This document shows, one piece after another, positions 53,207-64,000 of a DNA stretch of 64,000 bases. The position numbers and the translations under genes are program-made. The DNA is from an uncultured Candidatus Saccharibacteria bacterium (lineage in GTDB: Bacteria; Patescibacteriota; Saccharimonadia; Saccharimonadales; UBA10212). Each line of letters begins with the position of its first letter. Positions within the stretch are counted from its first letter, which is position 1. The notes beneath the pieces are model-generated. The model searched no databases, was not told the origin of the DNA, and worked only from the letters and a program-made list of their open reading frames with translations. The stretch lies in assembly GCA_964400155.1 (NCBI GenBank), contig CAYNSQ010000002.1, positions 6,797 through 70,796 of the forward strand. The letters run 5' to 3'.

Positions 53207-53701
53207 ATGAAAATTGCACTAGCGACTGACCACACCGGTTACCAACAGTTGCAAGAAATTAAAAAGTGGCTAGAGTCGCACGGACATGAATGCCAGAATT
53301 TTGGACCGACCCAGTTGGTCCAAGAGGATGATTATCCCGATTATATTTTTCCGGCAGCCAAAGCAGTGGCAAACGGGACTTTTGAAAGAGGTATAATCTT
53401 TGGGGGATCAGGGCAAGGCGAAGCTATGGCTGCCAATAGAGTAAATGGTGTTCGTTGTATGGTTTTTTATGGTCCAGCTGTTGCTCGAAAAGTAGTCGAT
53501 GCCGAAGGTCATGTCAATCACGACCCTTTTGTGCTTGTGCGACTTTCACGCCAGCACAACAATTCCAATATTCTATCAATTGCAGCTCGTTTTGTTAGCC
53601 TTGAAGACATGAAGCACGTAGTAAAAATATGGCTGGAAACTCCTTTTTTGGGTGAAGAACGCCATCAAAGACGCAACCAAAAATTGGACGAGGCTATCTG
53701 A
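53207..53701 (+). CDS. rpiB: ribose-5-phosphate isomerase B (RpiB/LacA/LacB family)
   Basis: MKIALATDHTGY, GIIFGGSGQGEAMAANR and a C-terminal ERHQRR. Confidence 0.85.
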   Translation: MKIALATDHTGYQQLQEIKKWLESHGHECQNFGPTQLVQEDDYPDYIFPAAKAVANGTFERGIIFGGSGQGEAMAANRVNGVRCMVFYGPAVARKVVDAEGHVNHDPFVLVRLSRQHNNSNILSIAARFVSLEDMKHVVKIWLETPFLGEERHQRRNQKLDEAI

Positions 53702-54348
53702 TGGCGGTCATCTGTCCAACTATTACTGCCTATTCAACCGATGAATACAAGATTCAGATGGACAAAATTTTACATTTAGCACACAGAATTCAGATTGATT
53801 TGACTGATGGCGAGTTTACCAAAGAAAAAACCCTAGAACCTAAAGATGCCTGGTGGCCGGTTGGTTTTACGGTAGATTTTCATTTGATGTATAAATTCCC
53901 AATTCCTGCTATACATGAAATTTTAAAACACAGACCAAACATGATTATTGTTCATGCCGAGTGTGAGGGTAACTTTAATGAATTTGTTGATGTGTGTAAA
54001 AAAGCAGGCGTAAAAGTCGGCGCTGCTTTACTACAAAACACTCCTACCCAAATGTTACATAGTGCCCTTAGTCAACTAGACCATGTACTAATCTTTTCTG
54101 GTAACTTAGGTTTTCAGGGAGGCAGTACAGCGGATTTAAGTTTACTCGACAAAATTAAAGATTTAAAATCCAAAAAACCAAATCTAGAAATTGGTTGGGA
54201 CGGTGGCGTTAGTGATCAAAATATTTCGGAGTTAATTATCGGTGGAGTTGATGTGTTAAATGTTGGCGGTTATATACAATCGGCCGCTGACCCAGCCAAA
54301 GCCTACCACACCCTTCAGTTAATAGCTGACGAAACCGGCACAACTTAA
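53701..54348 (+). CDS. divergent ribulose-phosphate 3-epimerase-like TIM-barrel protein
   Basis: Spacing resembles Rpe: ICPTI(ap-SIl), IQIDLTDGEF (hfDvMDg.F), VDFHLM (lDvHLM), IIVHAE, GFQGG (GFgGQ) and IGWDGGV (ievDGG). Identity is low. Confidence 0.5.
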   Translation: MAVICPTITAYSTDEYKIQMDKILHLAHRIQIDLTDGEFTKEKTLEPKDAWWPVGFTVDFHLMYKFPIPAIHEILKHRPNMIIVHAECEGNFNEFVDVCKKAGVKVGAALLQNTPTQMLHSALSQLDHVLIFSGNLGFQGGSTADLSLLDKIKDLKSKKPNLEIGWDGGVSDQNISELIIGGVDVLNVGGYIQSAADPAKAYHTLQLIADETGTT

Positions 54349-54447
54349 ATCATCAATATAAACATCCGTAAAATTTGTAGCTTAAGTTGCATTCTGAGTG
54401 GTTTAAACATGCTTTTAGGTTTTAGCTTTTAGCTGTAAGCTATCTGT

Positions 54448-55716
54448 ATGTTTGTTGATAGAGTTGAAGCCCGCTTAGAAGCGGGAAATGGCGGCAATGG
54501 TGCTATGAGTTTTCATCATGAAAAGTTTAAGGCCAAAGGCGGGCCAGACGGTGGTGATGGTGGTCATGGTGGTGATGTAGTGTTGGTGGCTAGCAATAAT
54601 GAAAACACCTTGGCTAAATTTCGTTATAAAAAACTTCTTAAAGCAGCTGACGGAGGCAATGGAAGTACGTCAAAGAAACATGGACGTAATGGAGAAGATC
54701 TTCTTGTCAAAGTACCGGTTGGCACGGTTGTTCACGTTAATAATGAAGAAGTAGCTGATTTGAGTGTGGTCGATCAAATGGTCGTTATAGCACGTGGTGG
54801 CAAGGGAGGATTTGGGAACGCCCACTTTGTAAGTTCTACTCGTCAAGCACCACGAGTCGCGGAAAAGGGCGAAAAAGGCCATCAGCTTGAAGTAACACTA
54901 GAGCTAAAGATGATAGCAGATGTAGGCATTATTGGACTTCCAAACGCCGGCAAATCAACTCTATTGTCAGTTATCAGTAATGCCAAACCGCAAATTGCAA
55001 ATTATCCATTTACCACAATTCATCCTAATTTAGGCGTGGTGGATGTAAATTCTAAAAACAGTCTTTTGTTTGCAGATATACCGGGACTAATTGAGGGAGC
55101 TTCAAAAGGCAAAGGTTTAGGCGATGAATTCTTGCGACATATCGAACGTACCGGCGTACTTTTACATCTTGTTGATGTATATGGCGAAGACATAGCTAAA
55201 GACATCAAAACAATCAACAAAGAGTTGCAAGACTACAAAATAGACTTATCCAAAAAACAACAAGTAATTGCATTAAACAAAATCGAAGGCCTGAGCGCAA
55301 AAGAAATTGACGCTAAATTAAAACAAGCCAAAAAAGCAGTTGGAAAAAGTACCCAGGTGGTTGCTTTATCCGCACTTAGTAAAGTAGGGGTGGATAAAAT
55401 GCTAAGTTGTGTACTGCAAATTGCTTTAAAACAACGTAGTCCGAAAACTAACCAAGCTAATCAGGTTACAAGAATAGGTCTGATGCCAGATGAGGATGCA
55501 TGGACTATTGAAAAAACCTACAAAGGCTACATTGTAAGAGGTATAAAAATTGAGAGATTTGCTAGTCGAACTCGATTTGATGACTATCACGGTCAAGAAC
55601 GCTTCAGGGACATTATGCGCAAAATGGGAATTACCAATGAATTGGAAAACCAAGGTATTGAACCAGGTCAGCTAGTACAAATAGGTCAACCGGAAGTCGC
55701 AAATCTGGAATTTTAA
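54448..55716 (+). CDS. obg: GTPase Obg
   Basis: Gly-rich Obg fold (GGNGGNG...GGPDGGDGGHGGDV), G1 GLPNAGKST, G3 DIPGLIEGA, G4 NKIE and a C-terminal OCT-like domain. Confidence 0.9.
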   Translation: MFVDRVEARLEAGNGGNGAMSFHHEKFKAKGGPDGGDGGHGGDVVLVASNNENTLAKFRYKKLLKAADGGNGSTSKKHGRNGEDLLVKVPVGTVVHVNNEEVADLSVVDQMVVIARGGKGGFGNAHFVSSTRQAPRVAEKGEKGHQLEVTLELKMIADVGIIGLPNAGKSTLLSVISNAKPQIANYPFTTIHPNLGVVDVNSKNSLLFADIPGLIEGASKGKGLGDEFLRHIERTGVLLHLVDVYGEDIAKDIKTINKELQDYKIDLSKKQQVIALNKIEGLSAKEIDAKLKQAKKAVGKSTQVVALSALSKVGVDKMLSCVLQIALKQRSPKTNQANQVTRIGLMPDEDAWTIEKTYKGYIVRGIKIERFASRTRFDDYHGQERFRDIMRKMGITNELENQGIEPGQLVQIGQPEVANLEF

Positions 55717-57147
55717 ATGTCTGCTACTTTTTATTTCTACGACTTAGAAACCAGTGGAATAAATGCTAGGACTGCTCGAATAATGCAGTTTGCTGGGCAG
55801 CGAACAGACCTAGACTTTAACCCAATTGGCGAACAAGACAATATACTTGTCAAACTTTCGGCTGACGTTTTACCAGAACCGGATGCTGTGTTGGTGCATG
55901 GCTTTACACCACAAAAAACGTTAGTTGAAGGCATCAGCGAAGCCGAACTTACAAAATACTTAACAAGTAAAGTATTTACACCTAATACTACAGTAGTCGG
56001 TTTTAACAATATTCGATTTGATGATGAATTTATCAGGTTTTTATTTTGGCGGAACTTCACTGATGCTTACGAATGGCAGTGGAAAGACGGTCGAAGCAAG
56101 TGGGATCTTCTAGATGTAGCTAGAATGACAAGGGCATTGCGACCAGAAGGAATTGAGTGGGCTTTTGCTGCCGACGGAAAACCCAGTAATCGACTAGAAC
56201 ATTTAACTTCTGTCAACAACTTGCAACATTCTACTGCCCATGACGCTGGAAGTGATGTTGAAGCGGTTATCCAGCTAGCAACTTTGTTAAAAAGCAAACA
56301 GCCCAAAATATTTGACTACCTCCTGAAAATAAAATCTAAAAATGAAGTTGCGGCGCTGGTAGGCAAAGGCGAGCCATTTTTATACACAAGCGGCAGGTAC
56401 AGCGCCGAATATGAAAAGACTACAGTAGTGGTTAGTCTAGGTATGGTGCCAGACCGAAGCTCGGCCCTCGTCTATGATTTACGGGTTGACCCGGTTGGCT
56501 ATACCAATTTGGGAGTGGAAGAACTGGTCCAGTTATGGGGTTTGAGAGGCAAGGATGTACCGTATTTTCCAATCAAAGAGATTAAATTCAATCGTTGTCC
56601 GGCAATTGCACCAATGAGTGTTTTGGACGCTAAGTCCGCTAATCGCCTGAGTATTGACTCAAAAACAATTGATGCAAACTTTGCAAAGCTTCAAAAGGCA
56701 GAAGACTTTGCTGACAAACTCATTCGAGCGCGTGAATTAATGCAGCCTAAAGACCAAGTTGGTGCCATGGTTGACCCACAAAAAGTCGATGCTCAGCTAT
56801 ATGATGGTTTTGTAAGTGGAACTGACAAAACAAAAATGTCAGTTGTTCGTGCGGCGGGAGTTGAACAGTTAGCTGGCCTACATATTGATTTTACAGATAC
56901 CAGACTCACTGCGCTCCTGCCTATATATAAAGCCCGAAATTTTCCAAAATGTTTAGATGAGCGGGAAACTATCGAGTGGAATCAATTTATCAAAACAAAA
57001 TTAACGAGTGGTGGTGTAGAGTCACTGGCCACTAAGTATTTTTCTCGATTAACAGAGTTGATGAAAGAAACAAAGGATACCAACAAGCAATACTTACTTG
57101 AAGAGTTGCAACTGTACGGAGAATCGGTTGTACCTTTTGAAGCGTAG
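55717..57147 (+). CDS. sbcB: exodeoxyribonuclease I
   Basis: 476 aa. DEDDh N-domain (FYDLETSGINARTARIMQFAG, GFNNIRFDDEF, HDAGSDVEA) followed by ExoI SH3-like and helical C-domains by length and collinearity. Confidence 0.8.
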   Translation: MSATFYFYDLETSGINARTARIMQFAGQRTDLDFNPIGEQDNILVKLSADVLPEPDAVLVHGFTPQKTLVEGISEAELTKYLTSKVFTPNTTVVGFNNIRFDDEFIRFLFWRNFTDAYEWQWKDGRSKWDLLDVARMTRALRPEGIEWAFAADGKPSNRLEHLTSVNNLQHSTAHDAGSDVEAVIQLATLLKSKQPKIFDYLLKIKSKNEVAALVGKGEPFLYTSGRYSAEYEKTTVVVSLGMVPDRSSALVYDLRVDPVGYTNLGVEELVQLWGLRGKDVPYFPIKEIKFNRCPAIAPMSVLDAKSANRLSIDSKTIDANFAKLQKAEDFADKLIRARELMQPKDQVGAMVDPQKVDAQLYDGFVSGTDKTKMSVVRAAGVEQLAGLHIDFTDTRLTALLPIYKARNFPKCLDERETIEWNQFIKTKLTSGGVESLATKYFSRLTELMKETKDTNKQYLLEELQLYGESVVPFEA

Positions 57148-57294
57148 AAACTTTGATGGGTTGTAAAACAGAGTCTTGTTTTTTCTAATTAGATAAATTT
57201 CTATTACTACCAATACTATAAAAGCCAGTTCATTGATGGATAATTGATGCTGGGTGCCAGGAATCTGTCCCAATACTAGAAATTGATTTAACAT
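57094..57294 (-). CDS. possible small single-TM protein (weak call)
   Basis: 66-aa ORF with one hydrophobic helix (LAFIVLVVIEIYLI). It has only a weak SD, and its last 18 codons overlap sbcB. It may be spurious. Confidence 0.2.
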   Translation of the reverse strand: MLNQFLVLGQIPGTQHQLSINELAFIVLVVIEIYLIRKNKTLFYNPSKFLRFKRYNRFSVQLQLFK

Positions 57295-57470
57295 ATTTTT
57301 GCCGCCTAAGTTTCTCTAATTTAAAGCGGATTATAGTCCTAATTTGTACTAACGTCAAATACTTTATATAGCTTATGCTATTAATTATTCTATTTTTGTT
57401 TTTTTGTTAGGGTTTTTTCGTTATTAGCACTAGAAAAAAAGGCGAAAAATTGATACAATCATTCGACTGC

Positions 57471-60284
57471 ATGAGTGATTTTATATCTGTTAAAGGCGCC
57501 AGAGAACACAATCTCAAGAATATTGATATTGATATTCCCAGGGGTCAACTTAGTGTAATTACCGGATTAAGCGGTTCTGGCAAATCCTCACTTGCCTTTG
57601 ATACTATTTACGCCGAAGGTCAACGACGTTATGTTGAAAGTCTGAGTGCCTATGCCAGGCAATTTTTAGGATTAATGGAAAAACCTGACGTTGATCAAAT
57701 AGACGGACTAAGCCCTGCCATCTCAATAGATCAAAAATCAACCAGTCGTAACCCTCGGAGTACAGTTGCCACAGTTACTGAAGTCTACGACTATTTACGA
57801 CTTTTATACGCCAGAGTAGGTATTCCTCACTGCCCGGTTTGTGGCAAATCTGTAACAAGACAAACCACACAGGCAGTAGTTGACCAAATCCACAAAGGTA
57901 TGCCTGGTGCAAAACTTATAATTTTGGCACCAATTGTTATGACTAAAAAAGGTGCTTTTGAACATATCCCAGAACAATATATGCGCGCTGGTTTTGCCAG
58001 AGCTAGGGTTGACGGCGTAATATATGCTCTTGATGAATTTCCATTGCTTGATAAAAATTACAAACACTCAATTGAAATAGTTGTAGATAGAATTGTTAAC
58101 AATAGTGAAAGTTTGGGGCGTCTAGCGCAAAGCGTAGAACAAGCTTTTGATATTGCTGATGGAAAAGTTGTCATCAACCAACCTGATGATAAAAAAGATA
58201 ATCTCTATAGCCTCAAATACGCTTGTATAGACCATCCTGATGTGTCTATACCAGAATTAGAACCACGTACTTTTAGTTTTAACTCACCCCAAGGTGCATG
58301 CCCGGTTTGTACCGGTCTAGGTAACCGACTTGAAGTCGACCCAGAATTAGTTATACCCAATGGCCGACTAACTATCGCTGAAGGTGCAATACGTCCGTAC
58401 AACCGGGTTAGTACTGATGCTTGGTACACAAAAAAACTTGAAGCAGTAGCTGCTGCTCACGGTTTTAGTATTCATGTTCCGACAGGCGATTTAAGCAAAA
58501 ATCAACTAGACATAATTTTATATGGCACTGGCACTCAAACATATTCGGTCAAATTAAGTGGTGGTCGGTCCTTCAATACTACTTACGAAGGAGTAATACC
58601 CAATTTAGAACGGCGTCATAAAGAGACAGATAGTGATTTTATGCGTCGAGATATAGAAAAGTTTATGCAAGAACGACCTTGCCATGCCTGCCAAGGTGCT
58701 AGGCTAAAACCCGAAGTACTCGCTATAACTGTTCACGGCAAATCAATAATGGAAGTATGTGGGTTAAGTATCGACAGAGCCTGTGAATATTTTGCTGGGC
58801 TTAAACTCACAGAATTTGAAAAGAAGATAGCCAAACAAATTCTAAAAGAAATTAACGCCCGACTTAAATTTTTGCAGGATGTCGGTCTAAATTATCTAAC
58901 TTTGGATAGAAGTGCGGTAAGTTTATCTGGTGGTGAGGCGCAGCGGATAAGGCTAGCTACTCAAATTGGTTCTGGTCTCCAGGGCGTGCTTTATGTCCTG
59001 GACGAACCAAGTATTGGTCTTCACCAACGCGACAATTCGCGCTTGCTCAAGACATTAATGCATCTTCGTGACCTAGGAAATAGTGTGATTGTTGTTGAAC
59101 ACGACGAAGAAACTATCCGTAGCGCTGATTATTTAGTTGATATTGGTCCTGGAGCTGGAATTCACGGCGGTGAAGTCGTAGCCAGCGGCTCGCCGGAAAA
59201 AGTTTCTAAAAATGTAGAGAGTATAACCGCAAAGTATCTACGTGGTGAACTCAAAATAGCTGTTCCCAAAATTCGCAGACCCGGCAATGGCAACAAACTC
59301 ACTATTAAAGGTGCTCGAGAAAACAACCTAAAAGATATTTCTGTTGATATTCCTCTAGGCAAATTAGTCGTGGTAAGCGGAGTTTCTGGTTCAGGTAAAT
59401 CCAGCCTAATAAATGATATTCTGGCTAAAGAATTATCGGCCAGACTGATGCGTTCACAGAGCGTACCTGGCAGGCATGATGAAATAATTGGTATGAAACA
59501 ACTCGATAAAGCGATAGTTATTGACCAATCGCCTATTGGTCGTACTCCTCGTAGCAATCCGGCAACTTACACGGGAGTATTTACACCCATAAGAGAATTG
59601 TTTGCTTCAACGCCAGAAGCAAAACTTCGCGGTTACCAACCAGGCCGGTTTAGTTTTAATGTAAAAGGCGGACGTTGTGAAAACTGTGCCGGAGACGGTG
59701 TAATAAAAATTGAAATGCATTTTTTGCCTGATGTATATGTTGACTGTGAAGTTTGTCATGGCAAACGTTACAACCGTGAAGCTCTGGAAATCCATTTCAA
59801 GGGCAAGACCATTTCAGACACACTAGACATGACTACAGAGCAAGCCTTAGAATTTTTTGAAAACATTCCGGCTATTTCACGTAAGCTTCAAACATTAGTT
59901 GATGTAGGTCTGGGTTATATTACTCTAGGCCAACCAGCCACGACTTTGTCAGGTGGAGAAGCCCAACGAATAAAACTGGCTAGCGAACTTTCGCGGCGCC
60001 CAACTGGACGGACTTTGTATATCTTGGACGAACCAACCACCGGTTTGCATATGGCTGATGTCGCCAAACTTCTAGATGTATTACACGCACTTGTAGATAC
60101 CGGCAATAGCATGATAGTGATTGAGCACAATCTAGATGTTATAAAATCGGCCGACCATATAATTGACATGGGTCCAGAAGGCGGTGAAGCAGGTGGACAT
60201 ATCACTGCAGAGGGTACGCCAGAGCATGTGGCTAAAATAAAAACCAGCTATACCGGCCAGTATTTATCCAAAATGCTGAAATAA
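57471..60284 (+). CDS. uvrA: excinuclease ABC subunit A
   Basis: The ATG at 57471 gives [18 protein letters not shown]. Two ABC modules ([14 protein letters not shown]; [13 protein letters not shown]), Zn modules ([25 protein letters not shown]...CEVCHG) and LSGGE signatures. Confidence 0.95.
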   Translation: MSDFISVKGAREHNLKNIDIDIPRGQLSVITGLSGSGKSSLAFDTIYAEGQRRYVESLSAYARQFLGLMEKPDVDQIDGLSPAISIDQKSTSRNPRSTVATVTEVYDYLRLLYARVGIPHCPVCGKSVTRQTTQAVVDQIHKGMPGAKLIILAPIVMTKKGAFEHIPEQYMRAGFARARVDGVIYALDEFPLLDKNYKHSIEIVVDRIVNNSESLGRLAQSVEQAFDIADGKVVINQPDDKKDNLYSLKYACIDHPDVSIPELEPRTFSFNSPQGACPVCTGLGNRLEVDPELVIPNGRLTIAEGAIRPYNRVSTDAWYTKKLEAVAAAHGFSIHVPTGDLSKNQLDIILYGTGTQTYSVKLSGGRSFNTTYEGVIPNLERRHKETDSDFMRRDIEKFMQERPCHACQGARLKPEVLAITVHGKSIMEVCGLSIDRACEYFAGLKLTEFEKKIAKQILKEINARLKFLQDVGLNYLTLDRSAVSLSGGEAQRIRLATQIGSGLQGVLYVLDEPSIGLHQRDNSRLLKTLMHLRDLGNSVIVVEHDEETIRSADYLVDIGPGAGIHGGEVVASGSPEKVSKNVESITAKYLRGELKIAVPKIRRPGNGNKLTIKGARENNLKDISVDIPLGKLVVVSGVSGSGKSSLINDILAKELSARLMRSQSVPGRHDEIIGMKQLDKAIVIDQSPIGRTPRSNPATYTGVFTPIRELFASTPEAKLRGYQPGRFSFNVKGGRCENCAGDGVIKIEMHFLPDVYVDCEVCHGKRYNREALEIHFKGKTISDTLDMTTEQALEFFENIPAISRKLQTLVDVGLGYITLGQPATTLSGGEAQRIKLASELSRRPTGRTLYILDEPTTGLHMADVAKLLDVLHALVDTGNSMIVIEHNLDVIKSADHIIDMGPEGGEAGGHITAEGTPEHVAKIKTSYTGQYLSKMLK

Positions 60285-60295
60285 CGCTTAAGAAG

Positions 60296-60946
60296 TTATT
60301 TTTTTCGTTTAAAAAAGTGGTGGTATTCTTCTTTAATTGATTTTTTAATATGGTGTCTTCTTATAGGGTCTTTTAGGACATGGTAAATAATATAAAACAT
60401 AAAACCATGGGCTATTACTATGACGCCAACAAATAAGTAGTTATCAATATTAGGTGATGCACTGCCAATTAAATAACCAAGCATAATTACACCTACGCCC
60501 CACAAGGCTGCCCCAACTAAGTTGTAGGTTGCAAAATAATGCCATTTCATTTTGCCTACACCCGCTACAACCGGAGCAAAAGTTCTAATTACCGGGAAAA
60601 ATCTGGCAATTACAATAGTCATCCCACCATGTTTGTTATAGAAAGCCTGAGCTCTTGATATGTACTCCTGGCGAAAGAACAAGCCGTCTTTTCTGTTAAA
60701 AACTTTAGGTCCCAGTCGCCTTCCTGTTTGATAACCAACATTATCACCAAGAACAGCCGCAATAAAAACTAATGTTAGCAGTGGAATTAATGGAAGTTTA
60801 CCCTGCGCGGCAAAAAATCCGGCAGTTAAAAGTAATGAATCACCAGGAAATATAAAACCAAAAAGTAGTCCGCTCTCTGCAAATACAAAAAAAGTAATGA
60901 CTGCCAGCCCACCCCAAGTTATGATAGCCTCAACGTCAAAGAGCAT
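60296..60946 (-). CDS. DedA family (VTT/SNARE-associated domain) membrane protein
   Basis: FAESGLLFGFIFPGDSLLLTAGFFAA and YNKHGGMTIVIARFFPVIRTFAPVVAGVGKM. Confidence 0.85.
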   Translation of the reverse strand: MLFDVEAIITWGGLAVITFFVFAESGLLFGFIFPGDSLLLTAGFFAAQGKLPLIPLLTLVFIAAVLGDNVGYQTGRRLGPKVFNRKDGLFFRQEYISRAQAFYNKHGGMTIVIARFFPVIRTFAPVVAGVGKMKWHYFATYNLVGAALWGVGVIMLGYLIGSASPNIDNYLFVGVIVIAHGFMFYIIYHVLKDPIRRHHIKKSIKEEYHHFFKRKK

Positions 60947-61044
60947 GCCATTATTGTAACCCTTTGACAGTTACTAGCCAAAACATTTCTCATCTGTTAT
61001 AATTGATCTCAAAGAAAAGTAATTAAAGGTAAATTAGTTAATTT

Positions 61045-61719
61045 ATGGTCAATCTAGACAAAACTATTGAATTGGAAGAGCGAACAGTTGTGGGTAAAAG
61101 ACTGGCTTCTATTAGAAGTCAAGGTTTTGTGCCTGCTGTTATCCATAACCACGGCCAAGACTCAATTTATATCATGGCTAATTCAGTAGAAATGAATGCA
61201 ATATATAAAGAAGCAGGAAAGCACCATCCACTTAAAATAAAGGTTGGTGGAAAAGATTATCTGGCTCTTATAAAAGACGCACATTACAACCCGGTAAAAC
61301 GTACTTACGAGCACTATGTTTTCCAAGCTATTCGCCAAGACGTAAAGGTTGAAGCCGAAATCCCAATTCACTTAGTAGGTGAAATACCAGCCGAGAAAGT
61401 CGGTCTGCTTGTTCTGCGCCAACTAGACCACGTTGAAATCGAGGCTTTGCCAAAAGATTTACCTGAAGAATTTGTGGCTGATGCGACTGTTCTGGCTGAA
61501 CTTCACGATAAAATTACGGTTGCTGATTTGAAAGTCCCTGAAGGAGTAACTATCATAACTGAAGCCGACCACCCAATTGCCGTTGTAGTAGAACCACGAG
61601 CTCATGCCGCTGAAGAAGCTGAAGCAGAAACGACCGATGAAGATTCTGGCGACGAAGAAAATGAAGCTACCGCAGACAGCTCTGCAGCTGAAAAATCCGA
61701 TATCGACTCAAAAGAGTAA
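61045..61719 (+). CDS. rplY: 50S ribosomal protein L25/general stress protein Ctc, with an acidic tail
   Basis: KRLASIRSQGFVPAVIHNHGQDS, a Ctc-type second domain (VKVEAEIPIHLVGEIPA) and an acidic tail from about 61591. Confidence 0.85.
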   Translation: MVNLDKTIELEERTVVGKRLASIRSQGFVPAVIHNHGQDSIYIMANSVEMNAIYKEAGKHHPLKIKVGGKDYLALIKDAHYNPVKRTYEHYVFQAIRQDVKVEAEIPIHLVGEIPAEKVGLLVLRQLDHVEIEALPKDLPEEFVADATVLAELHDKITVADLKVPEGVTIITEADHPIAVVVEPRAHAAEEAEAETTDEDSGDEENEATADSSAAEKSDIDSKE

Positions 61720-61848
61720 ACACCAATTTATTTAAAATAAACTTATAGCCAACCTGCTGCTGGAGGTCTAGAGGTTTTTGTTGGGTTATTATTGCCAGCG
61801 AACTTCTACCATGCTGTTGCTTTTTCAGGGTATAATCATAAGCAAGTT

Positions 61849-62715
61849 ATGGCATCAGACCAAAAGCCGCTGACAATTGCAGCCCTAGAAAAGAAAGCTC
61901 AGGAAATAAGAGTTGAGATTATTAAAATGCTGGAAACAGCTGGTAGCGGTCATTCGGCTGGACCGCTGGGGTTGGCAGATATCTTTTCTGCTCTATATTT
62001 TAAGGTTTTAAAGCATAATCCTAAAGAGCCAAATTGGTCTGAGCGGGACATACTTCTGCTTTCCAACGGTCACTGCGTACCGGTGCAGTACGCAACTATG
62101 GCTATTGCCGGTTATTTTCCCAAAAAAGAACTCACAACACTAAGAAAATTTGAATCGCGTTTGCAAGGACACCCCGAAAGAACCAAGTTGCCGGGACTTG
62201 AAAATACATCCGGTCCGCTTGGCTGTGGGCTTTCACAGGCTTGCGGCATGGCTTTGGCTATGAGAATGGACAAAACACATCACCGCTGGGTATATGTGAT
62301 TACAGGCGATGGCGAACTGGACGAAGGTAATAATTGGGAAGCAATCATGTTGGCTGCTAAGTACAAGCTAAACAATATCATTGCCATAGTTGACCGTAAC
62401 AATATTCAAATAGACGGACCTACAGAAAAAGTAATGCCACTGGATGATTTGAAAGCTAAGTGGGAAGCCTTTGGTTGGCACGTCATAGAAATTGATGGCA
62501 ATGATATTGATGCTGTTGTTGATGCCTGCGAAATGGCTAAGGCTATTGTTGAAAAACCTGTCGTAATTATTGCACACACCATACCCGGTAAAGGTGTTGA
62601 TTTTATGGAATATGACTTTCATTGGCACGGTATGCCGCCCAATCACGAACAAGCCAAGCTAGCCCTTAAAGAACTTCGTACTTTGCAAGGAAGAATTCGG
62701 AGCGAACATGAATGA
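61849..62715 (+). CDS. transketolase, N-terminal (TPP-binding) subunit
   Basis: The ATG at 61849 is preferred. SGHSAGPLG, LSNGH, GSLGQ-like GPLGCGLS and GDGELDEGNNWEA. Confidence 0.85.
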   Translation: MASDQKPLTIAALEKKAQEIRVEIIKMLETAGSGHSAGPLGLADIFSALYFKVLKHNPKEPNWSERDILLLSNGHCVPVQYATMAIAGYFPKKELTTLRKFESRLQGHPERTKLPGLENTSGPLGCGLSQACGMALAMRMDKTHHRWVYVITGDGELDEGNNWEAIMLAAKYKLNNIIAIVDRNNIQIDGPTEKVMPLDDLKAKWEAFGWHVIEIDGNDIDAVVDACEMAKAIVEKPVVIIAHTIPGKGVDFMEYDFHWHGMPPNHEQAKLALKELRTLQGRIRSEHE

Positions 62716-63688
62716 GCTTCATTTAATCCGCGGACCGCTTGCCATGGAGCCAATTCGAAAAGGTTTTGGTAAGGGGCTGCTTGAGGCTGGCAAGCGCTGG
62801 GATAATGTAGTCGGGGTTTGTGCAGACTTGACCGAATCAACCCAAATGCATCTTTTTGCTGAAGAATTTCCGGATCGTTTTGTTGAAGTTGGCGTAGCCG
62901 AGCAGAATTTAGTGACCGTTGGGTCTGGTTTGGCTGCAATGGGCAAAAAGCCTTTCGTTAGTAGTTACGCCGCCTTTAGTCCTGGTCGCAACTGGGAACA
63001 AATTCGTACTACAATCTGTTTGAACAATGTACCTGTAAAAATAATTGGCTCACATGCCGGTCTTTACACCGGTGCAGACGGTGCAACGCACCAAATGCTT
63101 GAAGATCTTACGCTAATGAGGGTATTACCTAATATGGTAGTGTTGGCGCCTGGAGATAGTGCAGAAGCATTTAGAGCAACACTAGCAATGGCCCAAGACA
63201 ACCGCCCCAATTATATGAGAGTTACGCGTGAAGCAACGCCAATTATGACATCAGAATTAACGCCATTTGAAATAGGCAAAGCTTATGTTTACAGACCGGG
63301 GAAAGATGTAAGTATTATCACAACCGGTACAATGACTTATCAAGCAATGGCTGCAGCAGTAACACTTGCCAAAGACAACATTCATGCAGAAGTTGTTCAT
63401 GTACCAACACTTAAACCTTTGGATAATAAAACAGTTTTAACTAGTGCTGAAAAAACAGGACATGTCATAACTGCAGAAGAGGGACAAATAAACGGCGGGT
63501 TAGGTGGAGCAGTAGCAGAATTATTGAGCGAGAATCTACCAACGCCGATGCTACGCATGGGAATGCGAGATAAATTTGGCGAATCGGGCAAACCAGAACA
63601 GTTGCTTAAACACTTTGGTTTGACACATACACATATTGCTCTAACAGCACATCACATATTGCACGATCATTCTAAACACAAACACTAG
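62708..63688 (+). CDS. transketolase, C-terminal (pyrimidine-binding plus C-domain) subunit
   Basis: FPDRFVEVGVAEQNLV, GADGATHQMLEDL and KPLD. It overlaps the N-subunit gene by 8 nt. Confidence 0.85.
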   Translation: MNELHLIRGPLAMEPIRKGFGKGLLEAGKRWDNVVGVCADLTESTQMHLFAEEFPDRFVEVGVAEQNLVTVGSGLAAMGKKPFVSSYAAFSPGRNWEQIRTTICLNNVPVKIIGSHAGLYTGADGATHQMLEDLTLMRVLPNMVVLAPGDSAEAFRATLAMAQDNRPNYMRVTREATPIMTSELTPFEIGKAYVYRPGKDVSIITTGTMTYQAMAAAVTLAKDNIHAEVVHVPTLKPLDNKTVLTSAEKTGHVITAEEGQINGGLGGAVAELLSENLPTPMLRMGMRDKFGESGKPEQLLKHFGLTHTHIALTAHHILHDHSKHKH

Positions 63689-63697
63689 TTCTAAAAA

Positions 63698-64000
63698 ATG
63701 TCTTGGCAAGTTTTAATAATCCTTCAGACGATAATCATTGCAATAAGCACTGTTTCTATTCGTGCGATTACAAGACAAAAAAAACTTTCGAGATACATTT
63801 ATGCAATCAACGGGATACAATCGGTAATTTATTTCCTTGGCATACTAATATTGCTGCCACTTATCGGCACAATAGAATTCAGTAAGATCAATGAATACTT
63901 TGTACTTCTTGTGGGTGGCGGGTTACTTTTTGCCATAGGTAATGCATGTGGCTTTAAAGTATTAGCCCACTTAGACGCTGGATTTGGAAGTATTCTTGGT
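63698..64000 (+). CDS. integral membrane protein, partial (runs off the window; possibly DMT/EamA-like)
   Basis: Translated by hand from the ATG at 63698 as MSWQVLIILQTIIIAISTVSIRAITRQKK...LLVGGGLLFAIGNACGFKVLAHLDAGFGSILG, open to position 64000. This frame is not listed in the track, and track ORF 63703-63885 is in another frame. Confidence 0.4.
   Translation, partial: MSWQVLIILQTIIIAISTVSIRAITRQKKLSRYIYAINGIQSVIYFLGILILLPLIGTIEFSKINEYFVLLVGGGLLFAIGNACGFKVLAHLDAGFGSILG

Noticed and set aside
52649-53235. Several long ORFs in other frames and on the other strand over the GAPDH tail (52649-53104, 52753-53115, 52846-53235), and similar ones over the S16 tail (12739-13053).
   Set aside because: They are produced by the biased, stop-poor composition of the acidic low-complexity coding regions. 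None has a start context or recognisable motifs.

Overview
This is a gene-dense, AT-rich window, roughly 40% G+C by eye (not computed). It is dominated by housekeeping genes on both strands: ligA (partial), murF-ddl, leuS, rpmF, nusB, rnc, rpsP-KH-trmD, sodA, eno, ppsA, zwf, pheS/pheT, trxB, ppa, gap, rpiB, obg, sbcB, uvrA, rplY and a split transketolase. Short intergenic spacers, many 1-4 nt start/stop overlaps, a split transketolase, many membrane-anchored hypothetical proteins and low-complexity tails on conserved proteins suggest a reduced-genome bacterium. By inference only, this may be Patescibacteria/CPR, perhaps Saccharibacteria-like. I saw no rRNA, CRISPR array, transposase, integrase or recognisable defence system. 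The main findings are:
- **tRNA-Gln repeat (16744-17181):** two perfect 182-bp tandem units sit in front of the intact tRNA-Gln(CUG) gene. Each unit has a TATAAT box, the first 50 nt of the tRNA and a 132-nt hairpin-rich module that carries an antisense copy of the T-arm.
- **G+C-richer cassette (about 30014-30712):** it lies between a consensus promoter and a membrane-protein gene, and encodes a secreted Cys-rich protein plus a translationally coupled 33-aa hydrophobic peptide.
- **Two candidate small RNAs (875-1066 and 31860-31983):** each is a self-contained promoter, structured RNA and terminator unit.
- **Unusual protein architectures:** an in-frame D-2-hydroxyacid dehydrogenase/phosphoglycerate mutase fusion, a membrane-tethered double-AAA+ Hsp100-like ATPase with a coupled small membrane protein, and a pilin-like globular domain at the C-terminus of a large membrane-anchored protein.

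All functional calls rest on motif recognition by eye in the supplied translations. No database search was run.
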